This document shows positions 1 through 11,253 of a stretch of 64,000 nt of DNA, one piece after another. Below the pieces are notes generated by a model. It made no database searches. It was given only the letters and a program-made list of their open reading frames with translations, and was not told the DNA's origin. The DNA comes from an uncultured candidate division Zixibacteria bacterium (lineage in GTDB: Bacteria > Zixibacteria > MSB-5A5 > UBA10806), in contig CAWDFP010000006.1 of the NCBI GenBank assembly GCA_963801605.1, positions 832,001-896,000 of the forward strand, given 5' to 3'. Every line of letters starts with the position of its first letter. Positions within the stretch are counted from its first letter, which is position 1. A program made the position numbers and the translations under genes.

Positions 1-752
1 TTCTCAATAAAAGTTGGAATTCCTAAAATGCCGAGCCCCTCCTGGCCAAAAGCCGCGAGCAACGCGCCGTCCTCAAACTCGGCGCGCACATTTGGCCTGA
101 TTTGTTGTTCTCCAAACCATTCATCCAAAACCCTTCTTTGAGTAGTATTTCCCGTAGCCAGCAAAAACGGTGCTCCATCGAGGGAACGCGGGAGTCTTGC
201 TTTATACTTTTTAATCATTTGGGGAGTGGCTAATAGACTCGTGCCGCTTTCGACCAGCAGATGATTAAAAACCCTGAAGCCGGCCGATGGCGAAACAGGC
301 GCGTCTACAAGCAGCATATCAAGGGCGTGAATAACAAGATCGGGCAACAATCTTTCTGGTTGGCCTTCACGGCAAATTAACCTGACATCGATTTTCAAGT
401 TTTGGACCGGTTCTAAAATCTTTTTGACGATTTGTTTGGATATCACATCGACGATTCCAACGGTGAATATCAGCGGTTTTCCGGTAGGTCTGTCATGCAC
501 GGTATCGATCATTTCGTGGCCGAGACGGAAAATTTCATCGGCATATTGGAATACGGTTCGGCCCATTTCTGTCATCTCGAGTTTCCTGCCTCGCCGCATG
601 AACAGCTCTTCCCCAAGAGATGATTGAAATTCATGCAATTGTCCGCTTACTGTGGATGGAGCCAGGTTGAGCTTGTGGGCCGCTCGCGTAAGTCCGCCCT
701 CCTTTACTACAGTCCAGAAATAAAGCAAATGATGATAATTCAACCATTCCAT
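1..752 (-). CDS. nhaR: LysR-family transcriptional activator, NhaR-like (3' end runs off window; absent from ORF track)
   Basis: Manual minus-strand translation from ATG 752: MEWLNYHHLLYFWTVVKEGGLTRAAHKLNLAPSTVSGQL...LTEMG-like...YADEIFRLG...VRLICREG...FNHLL...AEFED; open to base 1. Confidence 0.88.
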   Translation of the reverse strand, partial: MEWLNYHHLLYFWTVVKEGGLTRAAHKLNLAPSTVSGQLHEFQSSLGEELFMRRGRKLEMTEMGRTVFQYADEIFRLGHEMIDTVHDRPTGKPLIFTVGIVDVISKQIVKKILEPVQNLKIDVRLICREGQPERLLPDLVIHALDMLLVDAPVSPSAGFRVFNHLLVESGTSLLATPQMIKKYKARLPRSLDGAPFLLATGNTTQRRVLDEWFGEQQIRPNVRAEFEDGALLAAFGQEGLGILGIPTFIE

Positions 753-765
753 GTGCATAATATAT

Positions 766-780
766 TTCGATTATTTCGAA
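766..780. promoter_or_regulatory. Putative LysR operator (T-N11-A dyad)
   Basis: TTCGA-ttatt-TCGAA just upstream of the LysR start, in the divergent intergenic region. Confidence 0.55.
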
Positions 781-929
781 TTTACCATTAGAATCTTCCA
801 TATTGACGAATTATTTAAAACGCTTATCATCATATCGGTTGAAAATATTTAAGGGGATTATGAAATGCCCATGATGCGAAATGGACACCCTCGATGGGCT
901 CAAGTCCAAAGAAATATCGATAATTATCA

Positions 930-3477
930 ATGGAATCATTTTTCGAACAAAATAAAATAGTTGGCCTGACAAAGCAGGAAGCTGCCAGTCGTCTTGAAGC
1001 TGAAGGTTATAACATGCTTCCATCTTCAAAGCCTCGGAGCGTTCTGCAAATTGCATTCGAGGTGGTTCGGGAACCAATGTTCCTGCTATTATTAGCCTGT
1101 GGGATTTTATATCTAATTTCCGGAGATAAAGAAGAGGCTTTGATGCTTCTCGGCTTTGTATTCGTAGTAATGGGCATAACGTTCTACCAGGAACGAAAGA
1201 CTGAAAGGGCCCTTGAAGCGTTAAAGGACTTGTCGAGCCCCCGAGCCTTAGTAATTAGAGATGGGAATAAGGAACGAATTTCCGGACGAGAGGTCGTCCG
1301 CGGCGATATAATGTTGTTATCCGAAGGCGATAGAGTCCCGGCGGACGCTATCATTTTATCGAGTTTGAATTTCCATGTAGATGAATCTCTTCTTACCGGT
1401 GAATCAATCCCCGTTCGAAAAACTGTCGCAGCTGAACCTTGTGAAATGGATCGTCCTGGGGGAGATGATACTCCTTTTGCCTTCTCCGGGACATTGGTTG
1501 TTAAAGGTCAGGCTATTGTCGAAGCTAAGGCGACCGGAATTAATACCGAGATAGGTAAAATTGGCAAAGCTTTACAGACAGTAGAAAGTGAAAGAACTCC
1601 GTTACAGCGTCAGACGGGCCGAATCGTTCGCAATTTTGCACTCATAGGTTTATCATTGTGCATAATCATCGTAGTAACCTATGGTCTCACTCGCGGCAAT
1701 TGGCTTGATGGATTTTTGGCCGGGCTATCATTGGCGATGGCAATGTTGCCCGAGGAATTCCCGGTAGTATTAACAATATTCCTGGCATTGGGAGCCTGGC
1801 GAATTTCCAAGGCTAAGGTTTTGACACGCAGAATTCCGGCTGTGGAAACACTCGGCTCGGCCACCTGCCTTTGCGTAGATAAAACCGGGACGTTAACGCT
1901 TAACAAGATGTCGGTAAAAGAGCTTTTCGTGGCGGGCAGTTATTTGGACATCGGTCACGATCATTTATCACTTCCGGAACAATTCCACGAAATCGTCGAA
2001 TATAGCCTGCTGGCCAGTCCGACCGATCCCTTCGATCCGATGGAAAGGGCAATGAAGGAACTTGGCGACAGAACCTTGATTAACACCGAGCATGTTCATC
2101 GGAATTGGACGCTCTTGCGCGAATATCCTTTGTCCAAAGAAATTCTGGCAATGACCAGAGTCTGGCGATCTCCCAATGAACAAGATTTCGTAGTGGCCAC
2201 CAAGGGCGCTCCGGAGGCTATCGCCGATTTATGTCATTTGACAATCAAATGAGTATTCCAAGCTTCAACCCGTCATTGACGAAATGAGTAACCGTGGACT
2301 CCGAATTATCGGAGTAGCCGGAGCGCGTTTTAACACTGAATCTCTTCCGACCGGTCAACATGATTTTGTTTTCAATTTCATCGGATTTCTCGGACTCGCC
2401 GATCCGGTCAGACCGCAGATAAAAGACGCCTTAAAGGAATGTTATAACGCCGGCATTCGTACTATCATGATAACCGGCGACTACCCCGGAACGGCGAAAA
2501 GCATCGCCAGGCAGATTTGCCTTCGGAATCCGGATCAATCTATAACGGGACCAGAGCTCGATAACATGACAGATGAAGAGCTTTCGGAAAAAATCAAAAC
2601 CGTTAATATTTTTTCGAGAATGGTGCCCGAACAAAAACTCCGTCTGGTTAAGGTATTGAAAAATTTGGGTGAAATAGTGGCCATGACTGGTGATGGAGTT
2701 AACGATGCTCCGGCATTGAAATCGGCTCATATCGGTATCGCTATGGGTGGACGAGGCACCGATGTGGCGCGCGAAGCGGCTTCGATAGTACTTCTTGAGG
2801 ATGATTTCAATTCGATTGTTCAGGCCATAAAGATGGGGCGGAGAATATTCGACAACCTGAAAAAGGCGATGATGTTTATATTTTCCGTGCATATTCCGAT
2901 CGCAGGTTTATCGTTGATACCAGTTTTATTTAAGTGGCCGCTGGCCTTATTTCCGGTTCATATCGTATTCCTCGAATTGATTATCGATCCTGCCTGCTCG
3001 ATAGTATTTGAGGCGGAAGCCGCTGAGAAAAATATAATGGACAGACCTCCGCGGCCGGTTAATTATAGACTATTCGGTATACGTTCGCTGACTTTGGGAT
3101 TAGTCCAGGGACTTATTATATTAGGCAGCGTCATCGGGGTTTATCGCTGGGGATTTGTTGCGCACGGCGAACAGGTTGCCCGGGCCCTTGCTTTTATCAC
3201 TCTGGTTATAGCCAATTTGGGATTAATCCTGACTAACCGTTCCAGATATCAATCCATTATTAAAACTATGCAAATTAAAAGCCCAACTTCATGGTGGATA
3301 ATTGGCGGAACGCTGGTATTTTTAAGCCTCGTCATTTTTGTACCTGTTCTACGGGAAATATTTCGCTTTGACGCTTTACATCAAATCGATCTTATAATAT
3401 GTCTGGCAGTGGCGATAGTCAGTACTGTAATGCTGGAAATATTGAAGATGAGGCCGATTAAATATTTATTTGATTAA
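930..3477 (+). CDS. Cation-translocating P-type ATPase (type II-like), split by a +1 frameshift near 2247-2249
   Basis: TGES, PEEFP, DKTGTLT, KGAPE, TGD and [11 protein letters not shown] motifs across ORFs 930..2252 and 2284..3477; deleting one A joins them (..[17 protein letters not shown]..). Confidence 0.92.
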
Positions 3478-3500
3478 AAGAAAAAGGATGAAATATTCTT

Positions 3501-4274
3501 ATGGCAGCGATTAAAAACAGATATATACGTTATGGCATTCTTACCATCGTTTTAGGTTTGACTATCTACCTTGCTCTGGGATTTGGAACGCGTTCCTTTG
3601 AAGCTTATTGTCCATTTGGCGGAGTTGAAAGCCTGTGGGGACTATTTACCATGGGTAATTTTTCCTGCACCCTTGGGCCTCTCAATTTATCGCTTATGCT
3701 GGTTTTGATAGCCCTGGTGATATTATCCAAAAAATCGTTTTGCGGTTGGGCCTGCCCTATCGGATTCCTGGGAGAACTATTCGGGCGGATCGGTGGGAAA
3801 GCATGGAAAAAACGTCCTAAGGTACCGAGAAATATCAACAACCGGATAAAATTATTGCGTTATGTAGTCCTGGCTGTTGCCTTATTTTTTACCTATCGAA
3901 CTGGTGAATTGATACTGCGGGGTTATGATCCCTTTTTCCTGATATTCTCCGGTTTCGGACATGGCAGCCTGGGGACAATTTCCTTAATTGTGCTGATCCT
4001 TACAGCCATAGGCTCGTTTATTATCCCGATGTTTTTCTGCCGGTATCTTTGCCCTATGGGCGCGGTTTTCGATCCATTCAGCAGGCTGGGATTAATCAAA
4101 ATTAAAAGAAATGATTCAACCTGCACGGCGTGCGGAAACTGCAGTGATGCCTGCCCGCATGATATCCCGGTTCAAACACTTCAATTCGTGCGGAATCGCG
4201 ATTGTACAAATTGCCTGGAATGTGTGGATGCTTGCCCGGAAAAAGGAACCCTTGAGCTACGAGCTGGATTGTAG
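3501..4274 (+). CDS. Membrane 4Fe-4S binding protein (NapH/MauN/RdxA-like)
   Basis: CGWACP and CRYLCP motifs, several TM helices, C-terminal CTACGNCSDACP and CTNCLECVDACP. Confidence 0.85.
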   Translation: MAAIKNRYIRYGILTIVLGLTIYLALGFGTRSFEAYCPFGGVESLWGLFTMGNFSCTLGPLNLSLMLVLIALVILSKKSFCGWACPIGFLGELFGRIGGKAWKKRPKVPRNINNRIKLLRYVVLAVALFFTYRTGELILRGYDPFFLIFSGFGHGSLGTISLIVLILTAIGSFIIPMFFCRYLCPMGAVFDPFSRLGLIKIKRNDSTCTACGNCSDACPHDIPVQTLQFVRNRDCTNCLECVDACPEKGTLELRAGL

Positions 4275-4282
4275 GAGGAATT

Positions 4283-4645
4283 ATGCGGATACCACGATTA
4301 GTCATTCCAATATTAATAGCTCTGGCGCTCTTTGGCGGATATTTTCTGCGGAAGGCATTCACGCAGCCGACGACAAGCGTTACTTATGCGAGTAAAACGG
4401 GAAAAATGTCGGTATTTGTCGTTGACGGTTTGAAATGCTACGGGACCGCCTCATTTTTCTCATCGCTCTATGATAGTGTCCCCGGAGTCTACGCGATCCA
4501 GACCTATGCCACTGAACATAAAGCTGTATTCAATTATGCGCCCGAAATGATAAGTCAGGATAGCATCAAAGCAATAATGGAATCTATGATTTTATTCGAT
4601 GACGGTTCGACCTCGCAGATATTTAAATGCCTGTCTGTGGAATGA
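4283..4645 (+). CDS. Membrane-anchored HMA-like small protein
   Basis: N-terminal TM helix; FVVDGLKCYGTA resembles the HMA GMxCxxC loop but has one Cys; AGGAGG RBS. Confidence 0.6.
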   Translation: MRIPRLVIPILIALALFGGYFLRKAFTQPTTSVTYASKTGKMSVFVVDGLKCYGTASFFSSLYDSVPGVYAIQTYATEHKAVFNYAPEMISQDSIKAIMESMILFDDGSTSQIFKCLSVE

Positions 4646-4712
4646 TTAATTCCGTTCAAATAAATTATGAATAATCTATGATTTTATGACCGGAATTTGG
4701 AGATTTTCGCTT

Positions 4713-5810
4713 TTATTGATTGTTGATAACCGCGGCTTGATTATATTCCGCCATCAATTTTGCAATCAATTCCTTAACGGAGATTATTTCGTTTATGCGA
4801 TAAACGTTTGCGCCTGCGAATGCAAATCCGTTTTTGAAAGATCCTTTTTGCGCGCTGATGAGCGCTCCCGCAATACAGTATGATGTGTTTTTATAGTCGC
4901 AGGTAATAATACAGTGATAAGGGCATTTGAATGGCTTTTTCAATCCCGACGCTACATCATCGATATACTTATTTCGAATCGCCCGGCCGGGCATTCCCAC
5001 CGGGCTTTTGATAATAACAACATCCTCTGCTCTGGCATCGATATACATCCTCTTAAATGAGATATCGGCATCGCACTCATGAGTTGCAACAAATCGGGTT
5101 CCCATCTGTACTCCGCCCACGCCGATATCCATGAAATTCCTCATATCGCCGCCGGTGTATATACCGCCTGCTGCGATTACCGGAATGCTTTTACCGGAAC
5201 TCTTCGCGTAACCGGCCACCTCGACGAGGACTGCGGGGATTAATTTCTCCAGGGCATAAGCCGGATCTGTTAGCTGCTCCTCTTTAAAGCCAAGATGACC
5301 ACCTGCCTTGGGCCCTTCAACGACGAAGGCGTCAGGCAGATAATCATATCTGCTTAGCCAGGTTCTGCAAATCAGGCCGGCTGCTCTTGCAGATGATACT
5401 ATTGGCACCAATGCTGTTTTGGAATTCGGTTTTAGAAAACTTGGGAGAGTCAACGGGAGCCCGGCCCCGGAAAATATAATATCGATTTTCTCTTCTATTG
5501 CCGTTCTGACCAGGTCGGCATAGTTGGACACAGCCACCATGATATTCAAGCCTAGAATGCCCTCAGTCATTGATCTGGCCTTGCGGATTTCGTTTCGCAA
5601 CGCTCGAATATTCGATTTTATATAATTCGAATAGAAATCGGTTTCTCTCATGCCGATACCCGCCGCGGCAATTACACCTATGCCACCCTCATTAGCCACC
5701 GCTGATGCCAGCCCGGCCAAAGATATACCCACACCCATTCCGCCCTGGATAATCGGTAGGGAAGCGGATCTATTTCCTATGGATAAAGATCTTAATTTTT
5801 GAAAAGGCAC
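4713..5810 (-). CDS. Nitronate monooxygenase / FabK-like flavoprotein
   Basis: PIIQGGMGVG, VEGPKAGGH, VIAAGGI, VQMGTRF. Confidence 0.88.
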   Translation of the reverse strand: MPFQKLRSLSIGNRSASLPIIQGGMGVGISLAGLASAVANEGGIGVIAAAGIGMRETDFYSNYIKSNIRALRNEIRKARSMTEGILGLNIMVAVSNYADLVRTAIEEKIDIIFSGAGLPLTLPSFLKPNSKTALVPIVSSARAAGLICRTWLSRYDYLPDAFVVEGPKAGGHLGFKEEQLTDPAYALEKLIPAVLVEVAGYAKSSGKSIPVIAAGGIYTGGDMRNFMDIGVGGVQMGTRFVATHECDADISFKRMYIDARAEDVVIIKSPVGMPGRAIRNKYIDDVASGLKKPFKCPYHCIITCDYKNTSYCIAGALISAQKGSFKNGFAFAGANVYRINEIISVKELIAKLMAEYNQAAVINNQ

Positions 5811-6245
5811 TACGAGGATTAACTTTCCCCGAGTTGGGATCTGGTAAAATTAGATACGTGGCAAGGGGGCTGTGTCAAAATCGATTTCCTATTCTTACTT
5901 ATAATTGTTGATGGCGATTTCGGACTAATCCAAGATTTGTAAGTCCGGACAACCCTTTCCCGACTGATTCCACACTTCAAATTCGCCAAATACTATCCCA
6001 ATTCTTATTCGATAGCGGATGTCTTTGATTTAAAACACACGGTATCAAATATAATTCAATATAATTGAAAATCGTCTAAAATCAAAGCCTTTCCCTTCAA
6101 ATGAGAAAGTATAGCTGTCAATGCAGATATGACATTAAGCAAAAAAACCTGATTTTTCGCATAAAGCGAAACATATACATGTGTTACTGTGTTTATCAAT
6201 TTACATGATTATTGTATCGAATCATCCGATAATATAAAATAGGGC

Positions 6246-6274
6246 TTGTAGAATTCGTTCTAACCTTTTATATT
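6246..6274 (+). promoter_or_regulatory. Putative sigma70 promoter of typA
   Basis: TTGTAG-N17-TATATT. Confidence 0.45.
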
Positions 6275-6421
6275 AGGGCGAGTTTGTATTGGCCCGGGCG
6301 GCACGAGTCGAACCGGGTTTTCTTTTACATGATCCTCCCTTCAACTAATTGCAAGCGGACTATTATGTAGAGATTAATTTGGGCAGTGTTTAATCTGCCA
6401 TCGGAGAGGTTTATTAGTTTT

Positions 6422-8318
6422 ATGACAGCAGTTAAGCATATACGCAACGTCGCCATTATTGCGCATATCGATCACGGGAAAACGACCATGATTGATTCCA
6501 TCTTTCGGGCTACCCGGACATTCAGGGATAATCAGCAGATGGCCGAAAGACTGATGGATAATAATGATCTGGAACGGGAACGGGGAATTACAATCCGAGC
6601 TAAACATTGTACAGTCAGTTGGAAAAAATATCTCATAAATATTATCGATACGCCCGGCCATGCCGATTTCTCCGGAGAGGTGGAGCGAGTCCTTTCGATG
6701 GTTGATTCGGTTTTGCTGCTGGTAGACGCCAATGAAGGCCCCATGCCTCAAACTCGATATGTATTGATGCGGGCGCTGCGTTTGGGATTATGCCCTATCG
6801 TAATTATCAACAAAGTCGATCGTCCCCATGCCCGGCCTGATTATGCTCTAAATAAGACTTTCGATCTCTTTATCGATCTGGGGGCAAACGAAAAGCAAGC
6901 GCATTTCCCGGTCCTCTTTCGGTTCAGGGCTTGATGGCTGGTTTGTCAGAGATCTGGACAATGATCCGCATGAAGGGATGGATGCCCTGTTCGAAACATT
7001 AATCGAACATGTACCCCCTCCCAAAGTTGATCATGGCGGTCCGTTTCAGATGCAGGTAAGCACCCTGGCCTGGAGCGATTACATCGGCCAGATAGGCTGC
7101 GGGCGAGTACTGAGCGGTTCACTAAATATCGGTGAAGAATTTACCAGATTCGTAATGCGCTGGAAAGATCCGTCAAATCAGGAAGCCGGCTGGGAACTGG
7201 TTAAATCATCCAAAGAAAAAGGCGTTCATCTTTGGGTAACCCGCGGCTTAAAACGAACTGAAGTTGATCATATCAGCGCCGGCGATATTGTTTGGTTGGC
7301 TGGTCCCAGTGAAATCGGCATTGGTGATACTTTTTCGGCTAACGAAGATCCAGCATCGGCTCTTAAACCTTTAGAAATCGAGGAGCCGACTGTATCGATG
7401 TTTTTTCTCGTCAATACCGGACCATTTTCCGGATTCGATGGTACCGCTATTACGCTTCGCCAGTTAAAAGAGCGCCTGACTCGCGAACTACGCACCAATG
7501 TAGCCTTGCGTATGGAAGACCAGGGACAGGCCGATGGCGTTAAAGTGTCAGGACGGGGCGAGCTGCATCTCGCGATTTTGATCGAGGAAATGAGGCGCGA
7601 AGGGCTCGAATTCTGCGTTTCTCGACCGGAGGTTATTACTCATCTGGATAAAGATGGCAATACGCTGGAGCCTATCGAGCAGTTGATTATGGATGTCCCC
7701 GAGGAATATCAGGGAGTCATCATTGAAAAGTTGGCGAAGCGCAAAGGCGAACTAAAGACTATCGAAAATGCCGGCACCAATGTTATCCGTATTGAATTCG
7801 AGATACCTACCCGCGGATTGATTGGTTATCGCTCGGAATTCCTGACAGACACTCGCGGCCTGGGAATCATGTCGTCCCGCTTTATTGAATATAGTAATTG
7901 GCGGGGGGAGATCAATTTGCGCAACCGCGGATCAGTTATCAGCATGGATACAGGCCAGACAACTGCGTATGCAATCGAGGGACTTCAGGAACGTACGGTT
8001 ATATTTGTAGATCCGGGTGAAAAAGTATATGCCGGTCAGATTGTGGGCGAAAACTCAAGGACTCATGATTTTACTTGCAATCCCACCAAACGCAAGAATC
8101 TGACTAATCATCGATCGTCGACAAAAGATATAGCGGTTACATTGGATGTTCCGCGCAAAATGTCATTGGAACAGGCAATTGAGTGGATCGGACCGGATGA
8201 ATTGGTTGAAGTAACCCCGAAGGCGATTCGCATGCGTAAGGCAATATTAGATTCCGATGAGCGAAGACGCTCTCCTAAAAATCGAACCGGAGCTAAACAG
8301 GGAGTTGGCACGGTTTAG
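6422..8318 (+). CDS. typA: Translational GTPase TypA/BipA, split by a +1 frameshift near 6917-6919
   Basis: [58 protein letters not shown]; deleting one T joins the frames ([12 protein letters not shown]). Confidence 0.95.
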
Positions 8319-8379
8319 TACCATTTACTTTTTATAACTCCCTAAGATTAGTAAAAGAGAGGATTATTAGATCAATACT

Positions 8380-9705
8380 GTGTTTAATAAATTACGAAAG
8401 ACATTAGCACCAAAATTCGAAAGAACCCCCGAGATAGATATCCAACCGTCTCAAAGTAGTTTTAATGGCCTGGGTATCTCACAGGAAATAACCGCGGCAA
8501 TCGATGGATTGAAATTTATCGAACCTACCCCGGTACAAAAACAGGCAATTCCCATAGGCATAGAGGGCAGGGATTTGATCGCGATTGCCCAAACAGGCAC
8601 GGGCAAAACCCTTGCATTTGGCATTCCGATAGTTCAAAGACTGAACCAGTGTAAGGGTAAATGTGCTTTGATAGTGGTTCCCACGCGCGAACTGGCCCTA
8701 CAAGTTAACATGTCGCTTCAGCCTGTCTGCCGGGTTCATAATATGCGGACGGCGGTAATTATTGGAGGATTGTCGATGGAGCCTCAATACCGCACCATCA
8801 GACAGCACCCCCGTATAATTATCGCTACGCCCGGACGTTTGATAGATCACCTAAATCGCAAGTCAATCAATCTATCGGATATTGAAATTCTGGTTTTAGA
8901 CGAAGCGGATCGAATGCTCGATATGGGCTTTGCGCCCGCTATAAGCAGGATTATAACTTCAATTCCGCAAGAACGACAGACAATGCTATTTTCGGCCACG
9001 ATGCCCAACGAAATTATGACATTGGCCCGGAATTATATGGACGATCCGATTTTCGTAGAGGTCGCCCGTTCCGGAGCAGCCCCCGAAGAAATCAGCCATG
9101 AAGTATTCTTTGTTGATAAAGTAGATAAAATCAGGCTTCTGGAAATTCAGCTTCGGAAGCACACGGGTCCCGTTCTCGTTTTTAGCCGGACCAAGCATGG
9201 CGCGAAAAAACTTACTCGCACAGTACGGGAGATGGGGCATTCAGCAGTTGAAATTCATTCCAATCGAACGTTGGGCCAGAGGTCCAGCGCTTTGGAAGGT
9301 TTCAAAAATGGTCAGTACCGTGTTATGGTGGCAACCGATATTGCAGCCCGCGGCCTGGACGTCACCGGAATTATGCTGGTCCTTAATTATGACCTGCCGT
9401 CAACTGCGGAAGACTATGTCCACCGGATTGGGAGGACTGGACGAGCCGGAAGAAACGGGCATGCTGTTTCATTTGCCACATTCGATCAGGAAAAGGAAAT
9501 TTTCGATATCGAAAAGCTGATAAAAGTAACGCTTCCGGTTTCAGCGCTGCCATTTCAACCGTCAGGCCGCTTTCAGTCTCATCAGGATCGAACTCCGATC
9601 AAAGGGCGTTCCCGTCCCCGGCAAGAACCGCCGGCAACGCGGGCCTCGCAAAAACCAGCAGAAAAATTACAGGCATTTGGACGGCATCGAATAAAGAAAA
9701 AATAG
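8380..9705 (+). CDS. DEAD-box RNA helicase (RhlE-like)
   Basis: AQTGTGKT, PTRELA, TPGRL, DEAD, SAT, ARGLD, HRIGRTGR. Confidence 0.95.
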   Translation: MFNKLRKTLAPKFERTPEIDIQPSQSSFNGLGISQEITAAIDGLKFIEPTPVQKQAIPIGIEGRDLIAIAQTGTGKTLAFGIPIVQRLNQCKGKCALIVVPTRELALQVNMSLQPVCRVHNMRTAVIIGGLSMEPQYRTIRQHPRIIIATPGRLIDHLNRKSINLSDIEILVLDEADRMLDMGFAPAISRIITSIPQERQTMLFSATMPNEIMTLARNYMDDPIFVEVARSGAAPEEISHEVFFVDKVDKIRLLEIQLRKHTGPVLVFSRTKHGAKKLTRTVREMGHSAVEIHSNRTLGQRSSALEGFKNGQYRVMVATDIAARGLDVTGIMLVLNYDLPSTAEDYVHRIGRTGRAGRNGHAVSFATFDQEKEIFDIEKLIKVTLPVSALPFQPSGRFQSHQDRTPIKGRSRPRQEPPATRASQKPAEKLQAFGRHRIKKK

Positions 9706-9760
9706 CGCCTGAAATATCGCGCTTTGAGTGCATATATATTAAAAGGTGATATTTTGAACT

Positions 9761-9793
9761 AAAAAAAAGGCGACGCCTGGTCGCCTTTTTTTT
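9761..9793. terminator. Bidirectional intrinsic terminator
   Basis: A8-GGCGAC-gcctg-GTCGCC-T8 between convergent genes. Confidence 0.85.
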
Positions 9794-9836
9794 ATGGCAG
9801 AAATTATTAGTTTACAGAACTACATTACCGATTCTG

Positions 9837-11009
9837 CTATTTTGATGTCGCCAATCCTTCGTAGTAATTGAGTTGAATTGTATAGTCTTCGTTGTCGGGG
9901 TCCTCGGCCACCGCCTTTTTCGTATAATCGGCGGCAGACACATTATCGCCCTCTTCATGGCAAATATCAGCAAGGGTATCGTAGTAATTGGCTTTTTCTT
10001 TTCCGGAATGAGCCAGGGTTATCGCCTTTTCGGCTAACGTAGCCGCCTCACTTAAATTAACTTTTGCTCCCAGACACCACTGCGCGAATTCATTGAGTTG
10101 AATAGCCTGATCAGTCCAACCCTGAGGCATTGATGCTTTTCTATAAGATATGGCTTTTGTCGTATCACCATCGATAAATAGCAATTTAGTCGCGAGCAAC
10201 TGATCGTGAGCCTTGACCATGTCGGTATTAGTCGTATCTGACGTAGCGTCAAGTCCGCCCTTAATATATCCGGCGACTAATTCTTTCCGTTTGTTATCCA
10301 AAGACAATGTTACCATGCGCTGGCAAGCATCATATACCTGCCACTTTTGCTCGTTCTTAGACCTTACCACCTCGTCGGCAGCCTTTTTAACATCCTCAAA
10401 AGAAAATTCATTTTTTAGCGAACCGCAGGCCACACTGGTGAAAATTTCATAACTGTAATCATCAGTTGGATCGCTGTTGAGTTTTTGAGCTTCTTCGTAA
10501 TATTTGGCCGCTTTCTTACAATCGCCATAAGCCAGATGCCATCGTCCAAGTGCCGCCGCATCCTCGACAGTCGGCGTTTTATCCATTCTTTGCATCATTT
10601 CGGCAATTGTGCTCTTATCTTTTAAAGCGTCGTTAAGAGTGGGAATAAAATCGGTTTTATCGTAACCAAACCAACGATCTAACGGTTCGCCTTTGGCATT
10701 TACAATAATAAAGGATGGGAAAACCTTAACTTTGAATTCCTTTGCCAGGCTTTTGCCGTCGCCTTGTTCAGCGTCGGCTTGATAAAATACAACTGCCTCA
10801 AGCGCCTTTTGGGTGGCGTTGTCGGATTGGAGGGTTGATTCGAAATCTTTGCATGTAGGGGCCCACGTAGTGAAAAATTCAATTAATATCGGCTTATCCA
10901 ACTTGGCAGCTTGCGCTTTGATATCGGAATATTTAATATTGGTTTCTTGAGTATTACCCGGTAAAATAAACGCCAGCACCATCAAGCCAACTGCGCAAAT
11001 CGCTTTCAT
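9837..11009 (-). CDS. Secreted thioredoxin-fold plus TPR protein (AxxC site)
   Basis: Signal peptide; KPILIEFFTTWAPTC; cis-Pro loop VFPSFII; C-terminal TPR-like helices. Confidence 0.8.
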   Translation of the reverse strand: MKAICAVGLMVLAFILPGNTQETNIKYSDIKAQAAKLDKPILIEFFTTWAPTCKDFESTLQSDNATQKALEAVVFYQADAEQGDGKSLAKEFKVKVFPSFIIVNAKGEPLDRWFGYDKTDFIPTLNDALKDKSTIAEMMQRMDKTPTVEDAAALGRWHLAYGDCKKAAKYYEEAQKLNSDPTDDYSYEIFTSVACGSLKNEFSFEDVKKAADEVVRSKNEQKWQVYDACQRMVTLSLDNKRKELVAGYIKGGLDATSDTTNTDMVKAHDQLLATKLLFIDGDTTKAISYRKASMPQGWTDQAIQLNEFAQWCLGAKVNLSEAATLAEKAITLAHSGKEKANYYDTLADICHEEGDNVSAADYTKKAVAEDPDNEDYTIQLNYYEGLATSK

Positions 11010-11190
11010 TTCTCCTCCTATTAGATTCGTAATTTTGTATTATCATATCACCAGGCTAAATACATTTCAACAATCTTTTTTTGGGGGAAATTGTTCCTGC
11101 CATTCAATCTTTGCCACCGATAAAACCCTTAAAGCTGATTTTATCTTACCGGGGGATAGTTACAATTTATTGAAACAATTCTTAAGTAAG

Positions 11191-11218
11191 GGAACCGTGG
11201 CGGTTTTCTCCGATCAAT
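11191..11218 (+). promoter_or_regulatory. Possible ECF (sigmaE-type) promoter
   Basis: GGAACCG-N16-TCAAT, pointing at a structured non-coding stretch. Confidence 0.3.
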
Positions 11219-11253
11219 GAAATTTTGATATCTGATATTTAGCGCTATTACCA

